Position numbers and translations under genes: made by a program | Notes under the pieces: model-generated | Seen by the model: the letters and a program-made list of their open reading frames with translations, nothing else | Databases searched by the model: none | Told to the model about the DNA's origin: nothing | Part shown: one piece after another, positions 51,255 to 61,923 of the stretch | Numbering within the stretch: the stretch's first letter is position 1 | How the letters are laid out: each line of letters opens with the position of its first letter | Source: Sporopachydermia quercuum | Taxonomy: Eukaryota | Assembly: GCA_001599295.1 (NCBI GenBank) | Contig: BCGN01000001.1 | Span: forward strand, 930,001 to 994,000 | Direction of reading: 5' to 3' | DNA: 64,000 nt

Positions 51255-51276
51255 CCCCAGTGTGGGGAATGTGGGG
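51255..51276. promoter_or_regulatory. Three clustered SYGGGG (Mig1/CreA-type) boxes
   Basis: CCCCAG at 51255, GTGGGG at 51262 and GTGGGG at 51271; about 1.5 kb upstream of CTF1. Confidence 0.4.
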
Positions 51277-51387
51277 ATTCGGAAAAACGAACTCAAAACA
51301 TTTTTCGATTTATCGCAAATCTAAGATATGATATGTTTGTGTATGTCTTCTGATAGTAGTGATTGATAGTATTGAAGATAAGACACA

Positions 51388-53349
51388 TTAATCGTCAGGT
51401 AAACTCTCGAGAGATGATATGTTTGGATAGACCATTATTCCACCATTGTCTATCCAAGCTTGAAAATCATCAGGCACCTGCTTAACTTTGCCGTAATCTA
51501 TTCCAACAGCATTGCAGCTAACATGGCCTGCCATGAAATTACCATCATTCATCCCTTCATCATTTAAAGACTGATTTGCCCAGTAATAACTTTGATATAC
51601 AAACATGCTGTTGACAGGACATTGAAACTCAAACCCATAGGGGCAATCTGTCAATAAGTTATAGCATAGGTTAATACAAGGTTGAATTTCGTAATATGGT
51701 TCATCAGGCTGAATTACCTCGTTAACAATCTCGCTTCTGCTCATTCCTGGTTGTCTCAGTGCATATCCAGTCAATGGCTGCTCGGCACAACGAGGAATCG
51801 CAGTAGAACATAGCCAGTTTCTATAGCTTACTGCACAATCATCACAGGTTCTTAGAACAGTGTATAATTGAGTGTCAGATACGTTACATGGCATGTTTTG
51901 AAGCGCAATAGAAAAGTTTTCGTAAAAAGCCAATGCATAGTTATTGTAAAGAACAGCTAGTGTTTTGAAAGCAGGGCTAGTAGCCTCATTAGTTAAAAGA
52001 TTATTCGAATCCTCTTCATAAATTGTGGGATCATAATCACTTATATAATACTGAGGATTATTGATTGTTAAGAGCTCTGAATGGGCAAGAGCATACTCAT
52101 CAGTGAAAATTCCACGTGGGACTGAATAGCCGACTTGATCACAGAATGGTAAATCAAATATCAACTTGCAATTGTCTGTAGCCATTGTGGTGAAACTAAT
52201 TGAATTGAATACGACTTGACCGGTGTTCCGTTCAATTGCGGATGCATTATAATAACCATTAGAAATTGCTATCGCTCTATAGCTTGTATTTGGTTCTAAA
52301 CCAGAAACAAATATCAGCTCGGTATTTTCTCTGCTTTTCAATAGCTTTGTTACATAACGAACTGAAGAGTCAGTCGTGTTAAGCATGTATGGGGCATTTC
52401 TTATAGCACATATGGATCTTTTCAGCCCCATAGTTCTAACAAATTCTTCTTCAGTAAATACATATAAATCAAAATGCATAGAACTATTCTCTGAAAGAGA
52501 AAAATTCTGACCCGTAAAATCCATGAATGTTATATTACCTGATTCAAATAATGCAGATGTATCATCAGCATCACTCAATGAAACCCAAGATTTGGAATCC
52601 CATTGTAAGGGCAAGTCATATTGTGAAATACCTATGTTTATACTCCACATATCTCCTTCTCCTTCTATATACAACGACTGCTCAATAGGAGGAGCATAAA
52701 TTGATATAAATAGGTATAAGAATGTTTGATTAACATAAGATGGAAAGTAGATCAAGTCTTGATAATATCCATCTACAAAATTAGAAAAATCAGCATGAGT
52801 TTCTTGAGCTTGCTGTTCAACTTTCAAAGAGTCCACAACTTCTTCTGTTAGTCTGCTATTTAATGAAAACTGATAACTAAACCTTGGTTTATCTTCTTCC
52901 ATATCGGTTAGATGATTGCACAGGTTCGCCGAGACATAAGCAGCCAAATGAAAGAAAGCCGATTGAACATCATTTGATAGATCGAATCTGTAATATTTGG
53001 TTGTATTAGGAGTAATTTGATCTGTTAAAATAAGAAAATCTGATATCACTGCAAATGGTTCTGGGCTTATCGTTTCCCCTGATATCACTTGTCTTTTCTG
53101 CAAATGCTCTGCTGATAGTAAGGAAGAATCATACGGTGAGCTATCGTCAGGCTCCAGATAGTTACCAATCTTTCTGTTGGAGCTGGCATCATTATTATCT
53201 GATACAACAAAGTCAAAAAAACCATTTTGGACTACTGCTAGTGACCTGACAATATCAATGCCTTTCAAATTCAGTTTTAAAGCATAAGCTGTATTTGATA
53301 ATGCTAATAAAAGCATCACCAAGCTGAGCAGAAACCCGCAACAGTTCAT
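51388..53349 (-). CDS. MID1: Stretch-activated Ca2+ channel subunit Mid1
   Basis: Signal peptide; CKLIFDLPFCDQVGYSVP, RTCDDCAVSYRNWLCSTAIPRC, YYEIQPCINLC...CP...F.CP. Confidence 0.92.
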   Translation of the reverse strand: MNCCGFLLSLVMLLLALSNTAYALKLNLKGIDIVRSLAVVQNGFFDFVVSDNNDASSNRKIGNYLEPDDSSPYDSSLLSAEHLQKRQVISGETISPEPFAVISDFLILTDQITPNTTKYYRFDLSNDVQSAFFHLAAYVSANLCNHLTDMEEDKPRFSYQFSLNSRLTEEVVDSLKVEQQAQETHADFSNFVDGYYQDLIYFPSYVNQTFLYLFISIYAPPIEQSLYIEGEGDMWSINIGISQYDLPLQWDSKSWVSLSDADDTSALFESGNITFMDFTGQNFSLSENSSMHFDLYVFTEEEFVRTMGLKRSICAIRNAPYMLNTTDSSVRYVTKLLKSRENTELIFVSGLEPNTSYRAIAISNGYYNASAIERNTGQVVFNSISFTTMATDNCKLIFDLPFCDQVGYSVPRGIFTDEYALAHSELLTINNPQYYISDYDPTIYEEDSNNLLTNEATSPAFKTLAVLYNNYALAFYENFSIALQNMPCNVSDTQLYTVLRTCDDCAVSYRNWLCSTAIPRCAEQPLTGYALRQPGMSRSEIVNEVIQPDEPYYEIQPCINLCYNLLTDCPYGFEFQCPVNSMFVYQSYYWANQSLNDEGMNDGNFMAGHVSCNAVGIDYGKVKQVPDDFQAWIDNGGIMVYPNISSLESLPDD

Positions 53350-53618
53350 TTCATTTACTCCCTAAGTTGTTTATGAGAGATGAGTGAAAGTATTCGTCCT
53401 CTCCATCAAGAAAGTAGGCAATTTTGTAAGAGTAATTAGTTATTATATATTATATTTTGTTCACTATGTCTATATCAATAATAAATCGAAAATTAGCGAA
53501 GCGATAATGCCAAAAGAAAGCAAAAAGTTACAGATAGTTTTCAGAATTTAAGGTTTAGAATAGGATGCAGAAATATGTATGACTATTTAGGTCAAAATTA
53601 TCTCCGTAATTTTGATAG

Positions 53619-53680
53619 TTTCGCGTTTCACTTTCCTAGCATTATCTCCGGAATATTTTCCTTACTGAAGAAACGCGTTT
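53619..53680. promoter_or_regulatory. MCB cell-cycle boxes upstream of RFC3
   Basis: ACGCGT at 53673-53678 within the palindrome AAACGCGTTT, and TTTCGCGT at 53619-53626. Confidence 0.65.
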
Positions 53681-53832
53681 TTTGTCCCCAACTTAATCCC
53701 AACATGATCCCAATAGCTAATTTCCTTTATGGAATGACTAATGGGAAGATCTGAACCTTTAATGAGCAATCAATTTTGATTTATAAGGAAATAAAAACCA
53801 ACAACAGTAGTGGATGCATTAATAAGAAAACA

Positions 53833-55103
53833 ATGGTGAAAGGTAAGGAAAAAGACACTGGTGAAACACCAGCTAATGACAATTTACCATGGTAAGTACT
53901 TCAGAGAAGGAGAAAGCCCAGTGTTATGAGATATTCGATGTATACCTTAGTTGATATGATATGAAAGGACGGAAAAACTCTAGATAGGTTAAAAAGTTTT
54001 TAATAAACATGAGTTGAAATCTACAGCGTATTAACTGTTGAATTAGGGTAGAAAAATATAGACCTAAGAATTTAGATGATGTCTATGGTCAATCAGAGAT
54101 TGTTAGAACCGGTAAGTAAACGGATGACATTTGAGAAGTTTTCCTAAGCTTTACTACGATGAGCGAAACACCTTAATGCTTAGAAATTCTAACACGTTAA
54201 CTTATAGTTAGAAGATTTGTCGAATCTAATAGGATACCACATTTATTATTCTATGGTCCACCAGGGACAGGAAAGACTTCTACAATCATGGCATTGGCTA
54301 GAGAAATCTATGGCAATAATTATAAGAATATGGTGCTAGAACTTAATGCATCTGACGATAGAGGCATTGATGTTGTACGTAATCAGATCAAAGATTTTGC
54401 AAGTACTATGCAAATATTCTCCAAAGGATTTAAATTAATTATTCTTGATGAAGCGGACGCTATGACAAATGTTGCTCAGAATGCTCTGCGTCGCGTGATT
54501 GAAAAGTATACCACACATGCCAGATTCTGCATTTTAGCCAATTATGCTCATAAATTAAATCCTGCTTTGTTATCACGATGTACCAGATTTAGATTTTCAC
54601 CACTGAATCAAAACGCAATTCGGGAACGAATTGAGTACGTTATAAAGCAAGAAAATGTCAATATCCATTCTGAAGCAATTGATAGTCTAATGGAATTGAG
54701 CAAAGGCGATATGAGAAAGGCACTGAACGTGCTACAAGCATGCCATGCCGCAGTCAAAGATGAAGGAGTATTTATTACTGATGATATGATTTATGAGAGT
54801 GTGGGTGCTCCTCATCCTGGTGATATTACTACTATCTTGAAGTCTGTGCTGAATGATGATTGGACTACAGCTTATGCTACTATGAACAAAGTGAAAGTGC
54901 TAAAAGGTATAGCTTTGATAGATGTGATAACAGGAATTTTCGACCAACTGAATGAATGTGAACTGAAAAATCCAATGACAAGAATCCAGATCCTCAAAGG
55001 TTTGAGTGAAATCGAGTATGCTATATCTAAAGGAGGAACNGAGAAAATTCAAACTAGTGCGACAATTGCCGTGGTGAAAGCTGCAATGGAAAACGAGGCA
55101 TAA
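53833..55103 (+). CDS. RFC3: Replication factor C subunit 3; exons 53833-53891, 54047-54111, 54208-55103 (~339 aa)
   Basis: Spliced NLPW-VEKYRP, PHLLFYGPPGTGKT, LELNASDDRGIDVVRNQIK, DEAD and SRC motifs. Confidence 0.95.
53892..54046 (+). other. RFC3 intron 1 (155 nt)
   Basis: GTAAGT ... TATTAAC ... TAG; splits the Trp codon of PWVEKYRP. Confidence 0.93.
54112..54207 (+). other. RFC3 intron 2 (96 nt)
   Basis: GTAAGT ... CTAAC or GTTAAC ... TAG; frame restored. Confidence 0.92.
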
Positions 55104-55685
55104 ATACGAAAGTCAATGATACGTTAATGAAGCAGGTGCTGATGAAGAAACATTGGGCTCAAACTTTTTGTCGAGGCATCATTTAAAAGTCTTTGAATAC
55201 GTTAGAATTTGGGCTTATACGTTACATTCATTGGTGATCAGATGTCAATTAATGTTGATGCTAATAAATGTGCTCCTAATAAGTGACTGGAAATGGCTTT
55301 AATTGGAGAAGATGTTCTGATTCGTTGAATACCTTCGGGAAGACTGTAGAACGCAGTATGACAAAGATCCAACTTATACCACATCACCTACCTATCTAAT
55401 CATTCAATTGTACTAGTATTGAAACCATAATTTGTCTTCAGTTGATCCCCAAGTGATTGTATAATGCATTAATATAATAACAAAACAAGATTATTCCTAT
55501 TTCACCGTGGCAATTGAACCGAGCATGATAGATTACATAATCATTTATGTATCTACTCACTCCACCATCCTTTGCTGTTTTGATAGAAAGTCAGGTACAA
55601 TTTCTTCTATTACTTTTTCTTGTTTTATCATGTATCTTTTCTCACAAAGTTAAATTCTTTTACCTTAAAGGCACTTTTTCCGTTA

Positions 55686-56171
55686 ATGATGTCAATAATC
55701 TACAAAATTGGTGATTTATTCAACATAGCTCCAAAAGGAGCTGTGCTAGCTCATGCCTGCAATTGCTACGGTACATGGGGTGCCGGAATTGCATTGGCAT
55801 TTCGTAAGAAATATCCTAGAGCTTATGAAATATATCATAATCATTGTGTATCTTATCCTACTACTGAGAGGAAGAGTTTATTAGGTACATGCTTGTTAAT
55901 TGAGGAATCCGATTGTTGGATTGCATGCTTATTCACTAGTGCGAGATCAGGAGCCAATGTTGACTCACCTGGTGAAATAGTTAAACAAACAGAGCATGCT
56001 ATGAATAATCTATGGCAACAGCTAGAGAAAATAGGGAGAGATATTAATAAGCTGTCAGTTTATATGCCTTTGATAAATGCAGGCTTATTTGCAGTTCCGT
56101 GGGAAGAAACTGAGGAAGGTTTGAAGAAGGGATTGAATGAAAACAGGGAAATCATTGTATGTAAATTATGA
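55686..56171 (+). CDS. POA1: Macro-domain ADP-ribose-1''-phosphate phosphatase, Poa1-like
   Basis: GDLF, LAHACNCYGTWGAGIA, IACLFTS, MPLINAGLFAVPW. Start is ATG 55686 or 55689. Confidence 0.88.
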   Translation: MMSIIYKIGDLFNIAPKGAVLAHACNCYGTWGAGIALAFRKKYPRAYEIYHNHCVSYPTTERKSLLGTCLLIEESDCWIACLFTSARSGANVDSPGEIVKQTEHAMNNLWQQLEKIGRDINKLSVYMPLINAGLFAVPWEETEEGLKKGLNENREIIVCKL

Positions 56172-56617
56172 TCAAAACAATTAATGACGGGATGAAAGAT
56201 ACATTATATTGAAGAAATGAACAGAATTTTAGATTTAGCTATTTTCAAGACGAATCGGATTGTACTGATTATAAGTTTAGTTCAATGATTAGAACCGAAT
56301 CAATTATAANGAGAAAACCTCCATGGAGTATAAATCCATAAATCTATTCCAACACACTAAATATGGTTAACTCTATACTATGAAAATTTCACATCCATTA
56401 TAAAAAATAAATTAGTACAGTATTTCACTCTGCCCAAAATCCTTTACCCATAGACCATTAATTTAACATTTGTTTCTCATTCCATTTCAATTTTTTTTTC
56501 CAAATTTTCTTTAAATTCTCTTAATAACGCTCTCACAATTTAAATCTAATTATAATACAATACTATATACTATGCAAGCGAACCCATAATGAAGTAGCCT
56601 ATGATATGGGATCCAAA

Positions 56618-58384
56618 TTATACCTGCTCCAAGGCAAAAGCTCTATCAATAAACGAATTGCTAGCTGTATAAGAAAATCCATTGAAATACGAAGAAGGGA
56701 CCTCGATATCGCTATATTCGTTTTGATTCGAAGGTGACAATGGCATTGAAGTAAATTCATCATCAAAATTCTCAGCTAGTATAGGATCTGTGATTTTCGG
56801 AACAATAGGTGGAATAATTGAAGAATCTCTTGTTTCCAATTTATCCCAATCAATTTTACGGAAAAATCTATGCGGTTTGATGGTCTTCACAAAATCTTTA
56901 TCAGCCAGTCGTTTATCAGGATTTTTGCGCAACAATCGAGTGGTAAGATCTTTAGCATCTGCCGAAAAATAGACGGGAAACTTGATCTTTTTGGTCTTGG
57001 TTATTTTATCAAAGATAACTTTATGGTTGTTTCCAGTAAATGGTGGTGATCCAGTTAATAAGTTATATAATACTGTACCCAACGACCAATAATCAACAGA
57101 AAAATCATACTCTTTTCCTTGCAGAATTTCTGGCGCCATATACTCAGGAGTCCCAATAATAGAATTGAACTTACAATCAGAACATGGTTTTGCTTGACCG
57201 TTCAATTCATCAACAACAGTTGTATCTGCTTCAGGGACACTTGTTTTGCTTAAACCGAAATCAGTCAGAATTAAATGTCCTTTATGATCCAATAAACAAT
57301 TCTCAGGCTTCAAATCTCGATAAACCACCCCAACATTTATATGAAGATGATATAAAGCCAATGCCATTTCTGCAGTGTAGAAAGCAGCTGTGTCTTCGCT
57401 GAAATAATCTCTAGATGCAAGATATGAAAATAATTCTCCACCTTGAACGTATTCTAGCAAAAGATATATCTTATCTTTATCTTGTAGTGCATAAAAGAGC
57501 TTTACAATGAATGGATGTCTTACAGCTGTCAATATGGTTCTCTCAGCTAAAGAGCGATCGATTGTTTTCTTTGACTTTTCCGGATCATCCAATACGAATA
57601 AAGTTGCTTTCTTCAGTTGCTTCTGGGCATATAATCTTCCAGTATGTTTCTGTTGAACTAACAATACTTTACCNTAAGCACCTTTTCCAAGAACTTTCAA
57701 AGGTTTGAAATCAGTAATCTGAGGTTTATAGTTGATATCATTTCCATCCTCTTCCACACCATAATAACTACTTAAATTACCATACTCATTATCAGAATCA
57801 ACTAGAGGACACTCATTGATAGACACTTCATAGGAATTTTTGAATGATGGCGATTTCGATGAATGCTCTAATGAAAATCTTCTTGGAACGCTTCTTCTTG
57901 CTCTCGATTTGTTCTCGATTTCTATTGGTTTTGAAGGATTCAAGTTGACTTTCAAATATGAACCACTTGACATCATTGTGGATGATGATTTGCCTGGTAA
58001 ATCTAATAAAACATCTTCTTGTTCAAAAATCGAGATTGATGTTGACGATGGAATAGTAATCAGTCTTGGTTTAGTTTTCCCTCCATTACTTGATCCAATA
58101 TTCAGCTTGCTACTGTCTTCATCTGATGGTGATTGTGACAAAGAGGGCGCTGATGACAGTTTCAATTCGTTCACTGAAGTAGTTATATCACTAATTGTAG
58201 CATTTTGTGGATTCTTGATCCTATTACTTTCATTATAATTTAAATCTAAGTTTATACCCAAATTCTCAAGTGAGGTTTTACTGATACTCGAACGATAGTT
58301 CCTGCCAATAAAATTAGATGGTGGAGGCACGTTTTCACCTCTGCCTTCGTTGTCCGTTTCCTCGTCTAATGTGAACACTGGCAT
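56618..58384 (-). CDS. YPK3: AGC-family S6 kinase, Ypk3/Psk1-like
   Basis: LYAQKQLKKA, YRDLKPEN, LTDFGLSK, ITDPILAENF and the hydrophobic motif FNGFSY. Confidence 0.85.
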   Translation of the reverse strand: MPVFTLDEETDNEGRGENVPPPSNFIGRNYRSSISKTSLENLGINLDLNYNESNRIKNPQNATISDITTSVNELKLSSAPSLSQSPSDEDSSKLNIGSSNGGKTKPRLITIPSSTSISIFEQEDVLLDLPGKSSSTMMSSGSYLKVNLNPSKPIEIENKSRARRSVPRRFSLEHSSKSPSFKNSYEVSINECPLVDSDNEYGNLSSYYGVEEDGNDINYKPQITDFKPLKVLGKGAXGKVLLVQQKHTGRLYAQKQLKKATLFVLDDPEKSKKTIDRSLAERTILTAVRHPFIVKLFYALQDKDKIYLLLEYVQGGELFSYLASRDYFSEDTAAFYTAEMALALYHLHINVGVVYRDLKPENCLLDHKGHLILTDFGLSKTSVPEADTTVVDELNGQAKPCSDCKFNSIIGTPEYMAPEILQGKEYDFSVDYWSLGTVLYNLLTGSPPFTGNNHKVIFDKITKTKKIKFPVYFSADAKDLTTRLLRKNPDKRLADKDFVKTIKPHRFFRKIDWDKLETRDSSIIPPIVPKITDPILAENFDDEFTSMPLSPSNQNEYSDIEVPSSYFNGFSYTASNSFIDRAFALEQV

Positions 58385-60444
58385 TGTGTATTGCTATCAT
58401 TATTTATCAAATAGTATATGTCATATGGAGCACATAACAACGAAATATATACTTGTAAGGAATTGAAACAAAGTCTGGCTGTAAGCCATTAACAGATCTA
58501 TCTGTTTGACAGAGTTAAATGAATACATTTAGTAGTATAAAGCATTGTTGATACTCATATAGTAAATTTTTTTGTTCTATGAAAAAAAATTAAAGTACTG
58601 ATTGTCAAGCCTTGGAAGAGACATTGGTAGGACATTTGACAGGAGATTGAGTAAGCAGAGACAAAACATGAGTTGAAATGGGAGTGAGCGCTAAAAGAAG
58701 ATGGAGTTTTTCTCTCATCTTAATTTGCTATTATTATTATTATAATTATTATTATTGTCATTAGTTTTCACTGCTTTTCGTTATTTGATTTTGACTCTTC
58801 GATTGGAACTGATAGGGAATTAAGCATTTTTCTTCGTGAAACAAGATGTGACATAAAGATAGATAGATAATAAACTTTTCAAGTTATTATGACATTGCGG
58901 AAGAAAAGACTAAAAGAGTAACAATGAAGGTAAGATAAATTGAGCGAAATAATTGATCGAAGAAACATTGAAAAGATTAGGTTGATCATTGTAGATATAT
59001 AATATATAAATAGGACCCATAAGTTCAGATTTCGTTTATAAACGGTTAATATATATAAACTAAATTCTGAAAATTGGAACCTTGTGAAGATTACGAAATA
59101 TCAAACTCTCAAAAAATCTCTTCTCTAGGATAATTTTTTTCTACAGGTTCTTATCATGCAAANGTTAGGGGAATGGTCTAGCCTGACATCCATTGAATGA
59201 GCAATATATTTCTGCACTGTATTTCTTTTTGGGCCAACAAGAACTAATCACACGAATCGATACTAGCATTGAAATATATAGATAGGTGTTCTAGTATGTA
59301 TGAATAAAATTGGGTATTCTAGATGAGGTTTCGTTCTTCCTTTTCTGGCGAAAGAGTCAAACCGAGGTTACGTCCTTGTCTTTTTAATTGTTCTCTGTTA
59401 TCTGGAGTTCCTTCTAGAATTAAATATGAGGGCAAATAGGCAAATTGAAACTGTCCAGTTAAATGTTTTCTTTAATAGTTCACCATGAAACTTATTGTAA
59501 TGTAGTTAGTTATCTGATTGAGTTTCATATTATCATATTATCCATCATGTATGTATTATGTCTATCCATGACTTCTGAATCGGCTTAAAACGGCAATTTG
59601 AGTCATTCTAAGTTTCTATAGATATCAATACCTTTTTCATTCTGTGCAAATATACGGAAGGTACAATGAACATTAGCTGTGTCAATATATACAATTAGTC
59701 CAATACTGTTATAATACCACTACTGATTATTTATTCTTATATTTTACGTCTTTCAAAACGAACAACAGTGCAGTGGATGATGCAAGGTACTTTTCGCTCA
59801 TTCAGGAGGTCCAGTTACCCCGGATTGCCCGATAGGGTTCGGTTTCATTAATTTAATCCCTTTAGGAAGCATATTTTTCTATTTGTTATATGAGTAATAA
59901 GCACACAAGAATTGATCTATGTTCAAATATGCTGATTGTCAAATGAACAATAAAGTTCATGAAAATTTGATAGTAAGTTGTGTTTTGGAACACATAAGAC
60001 GAGTGAGTACTTTTTCGCTCACCAAAGTAGACTTAAGAAAGGTAAGGCCTCTTCTAGATAAGAAAATTCAGCTGTGATTGTAGTTTATTCTTCAATTTTT
60101 ATCTAGATAATGGGAATATTTTCTAATTGGGAGAAGACAAAAGAATTATATGTATGAAAATACTGGAATACCTCAATAAGCCAGAATATTCCACTCTCTT
60201 AGTTGTTTCAGTGTGATGTAACTCAGTCGTCCTATTCTAGCAAAACCATTTGTGGAACAAAAGAGGAAGCTTTGATCCTCCGCAATACCAAATTTGTAGA
60301 CATTACCTGTTTCTTCTCTTCACTGAATTGTTCCATTACTATGGATCAATATATTAGTAACATTGATGATATCCATTGATCAATTGTAAGAGGAAATGTT
60401 TCTGGTCTATTAATGCATGAATCTGCGCTATCCTGCAATTTTGC

Positions 60445-60476
60445 TGACGTCATCTTAAGGTTTCACAAGCACGTGA
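60445..60476. promoter_or_regulatory. CRE palindrome (TGACGTCA) next to an E-box (CACGTG)
   Basis: TGACGTCA at 60445-60452 and CACGTG at 60470-60475, in the divergent YPK3/taspase intergenic region. Confidence 0.35.
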
Positions 60477-61923
60477 AATAAGGATACATTTCATTGCTAC
60501 GATTATCTGCTGGGAAAGCCGTTATAATAGTTTACCTCTTTAATACCTTTCTTAGAAGGTATTTAATAGTTATTCCATTGGAGTTTTCAGTTTTCTTATT
60601 TAAAGTAAAGAAATCTTAATATACATTACGCCATTTGATGCCTCGTTCATGATTTGACTTCGTGTGTTAACTATTGTGTGAATCTACTCTACTGTATTAA
60701 GGATCCGCTAAACCCTACATGACATTACATCACATTACATTGGTTTGCATCAGGTACGGTTTTTCTTATTTTCTAACAGAACTAGTATATACGAAGAGAT
60801 CAATCTGATTAGAGTTTATTGGTCCTCCCTTTACAGGAGCTTGACTTGATTTAACGATAGCAGTGAGCAATTCTTCTGTTAGAAACAAACCTTCCTCTGG
60901 CATTTTGATGAGAATCTCTACAGGAGTATTATTTCCAGTTCAATACTCAAACTGGTATCATACAGATAGATGTCAGGGCAATAAATGATGATGGATGACT
61001 GGGAACCAAACCGCAGTAAACTCATATCGTAACATTATGTTACCATGAAATTGATGCCTCAATTGGATTTATTAATAATACGAATACATCATATTGTAAA
61101 TTGTAGATGAAATATTTATCACTAAGCATTCTAATCATTCTTCTCCTTGGAATTAAGATACGCTTTTACTATGTTAAGCCATACTTTCTTCCTCATTTCC
61201 CCCTTAGCCTCCGAAAAGGGTTCCACACTCTTCTCTTTTGCAAACATTTGACGCGCTGTCATGTATGTCATGATTTAAGTGAAATCTAGTTCCTCAACCT
61301 CCAATTGATAGTTCCTGAGCTCAGTACAAATAAGAACTCGGTTATGCCACTAATTTTTATCACATTAAATAATTGTTTACTTGTTGGCATATTGCTTTTC
61401 TTTCCTTTCTGATCTCTCTTTTATTATCACCATACTATAATTTACTTACTGATCACATATCAAGATTGAGGGGCCAATAATTCGTTACGTTATTGAGGTT
61501 ATTAAACTGATGGTCGTAGGACAACCCCTGCAACAGCAGAGGCAAAGGACTTTCCAGTTTTATACACGACTTGCCCCAAAAGCTAATAAAACAACAGTTC
61601 GCATTTTTGGGAAACAATCAAAGAAAGTATCAACAAGACTCCCAGCTGATAAATTACTAGCAGCTGATTCGTCAGAGAGCAAGTTTCTTTTCGACTGTTT
61701 GAGAACACCTTGGGGAGAGTTCCCCCGGTCAGTAACTGTTCGCGCTCGTGACATAGTTGAAATTGATCTTTCATTATCTATGGATTTAACATTGATCCAG
61801 AATACGCAATTTAATAACAAGATACAAACGAACAATCATTTGGAAGGAGGAAGTGAATCTCTAACTAACTTCTCAAAATCGTCAACCGAAACTGAAGATT
61901 TGAATTACTAAAAGTGTTGAAAG

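Noticed and set aside
60170..60950. Protein-looking 45-57 codon open stretches on the minus strand with a TACTAAT...CATAG signal
   Set aside because: Could not be joined into a spliced ORF with valid donors, and no family was recognised.
61861..61923. CTAAC branch-like motifs suggesting an intron joining the upstream ORF to taspase
   Set aside because: No consensus donor and no YAG at the short branch-to-acceptor distance seen in the other introns.
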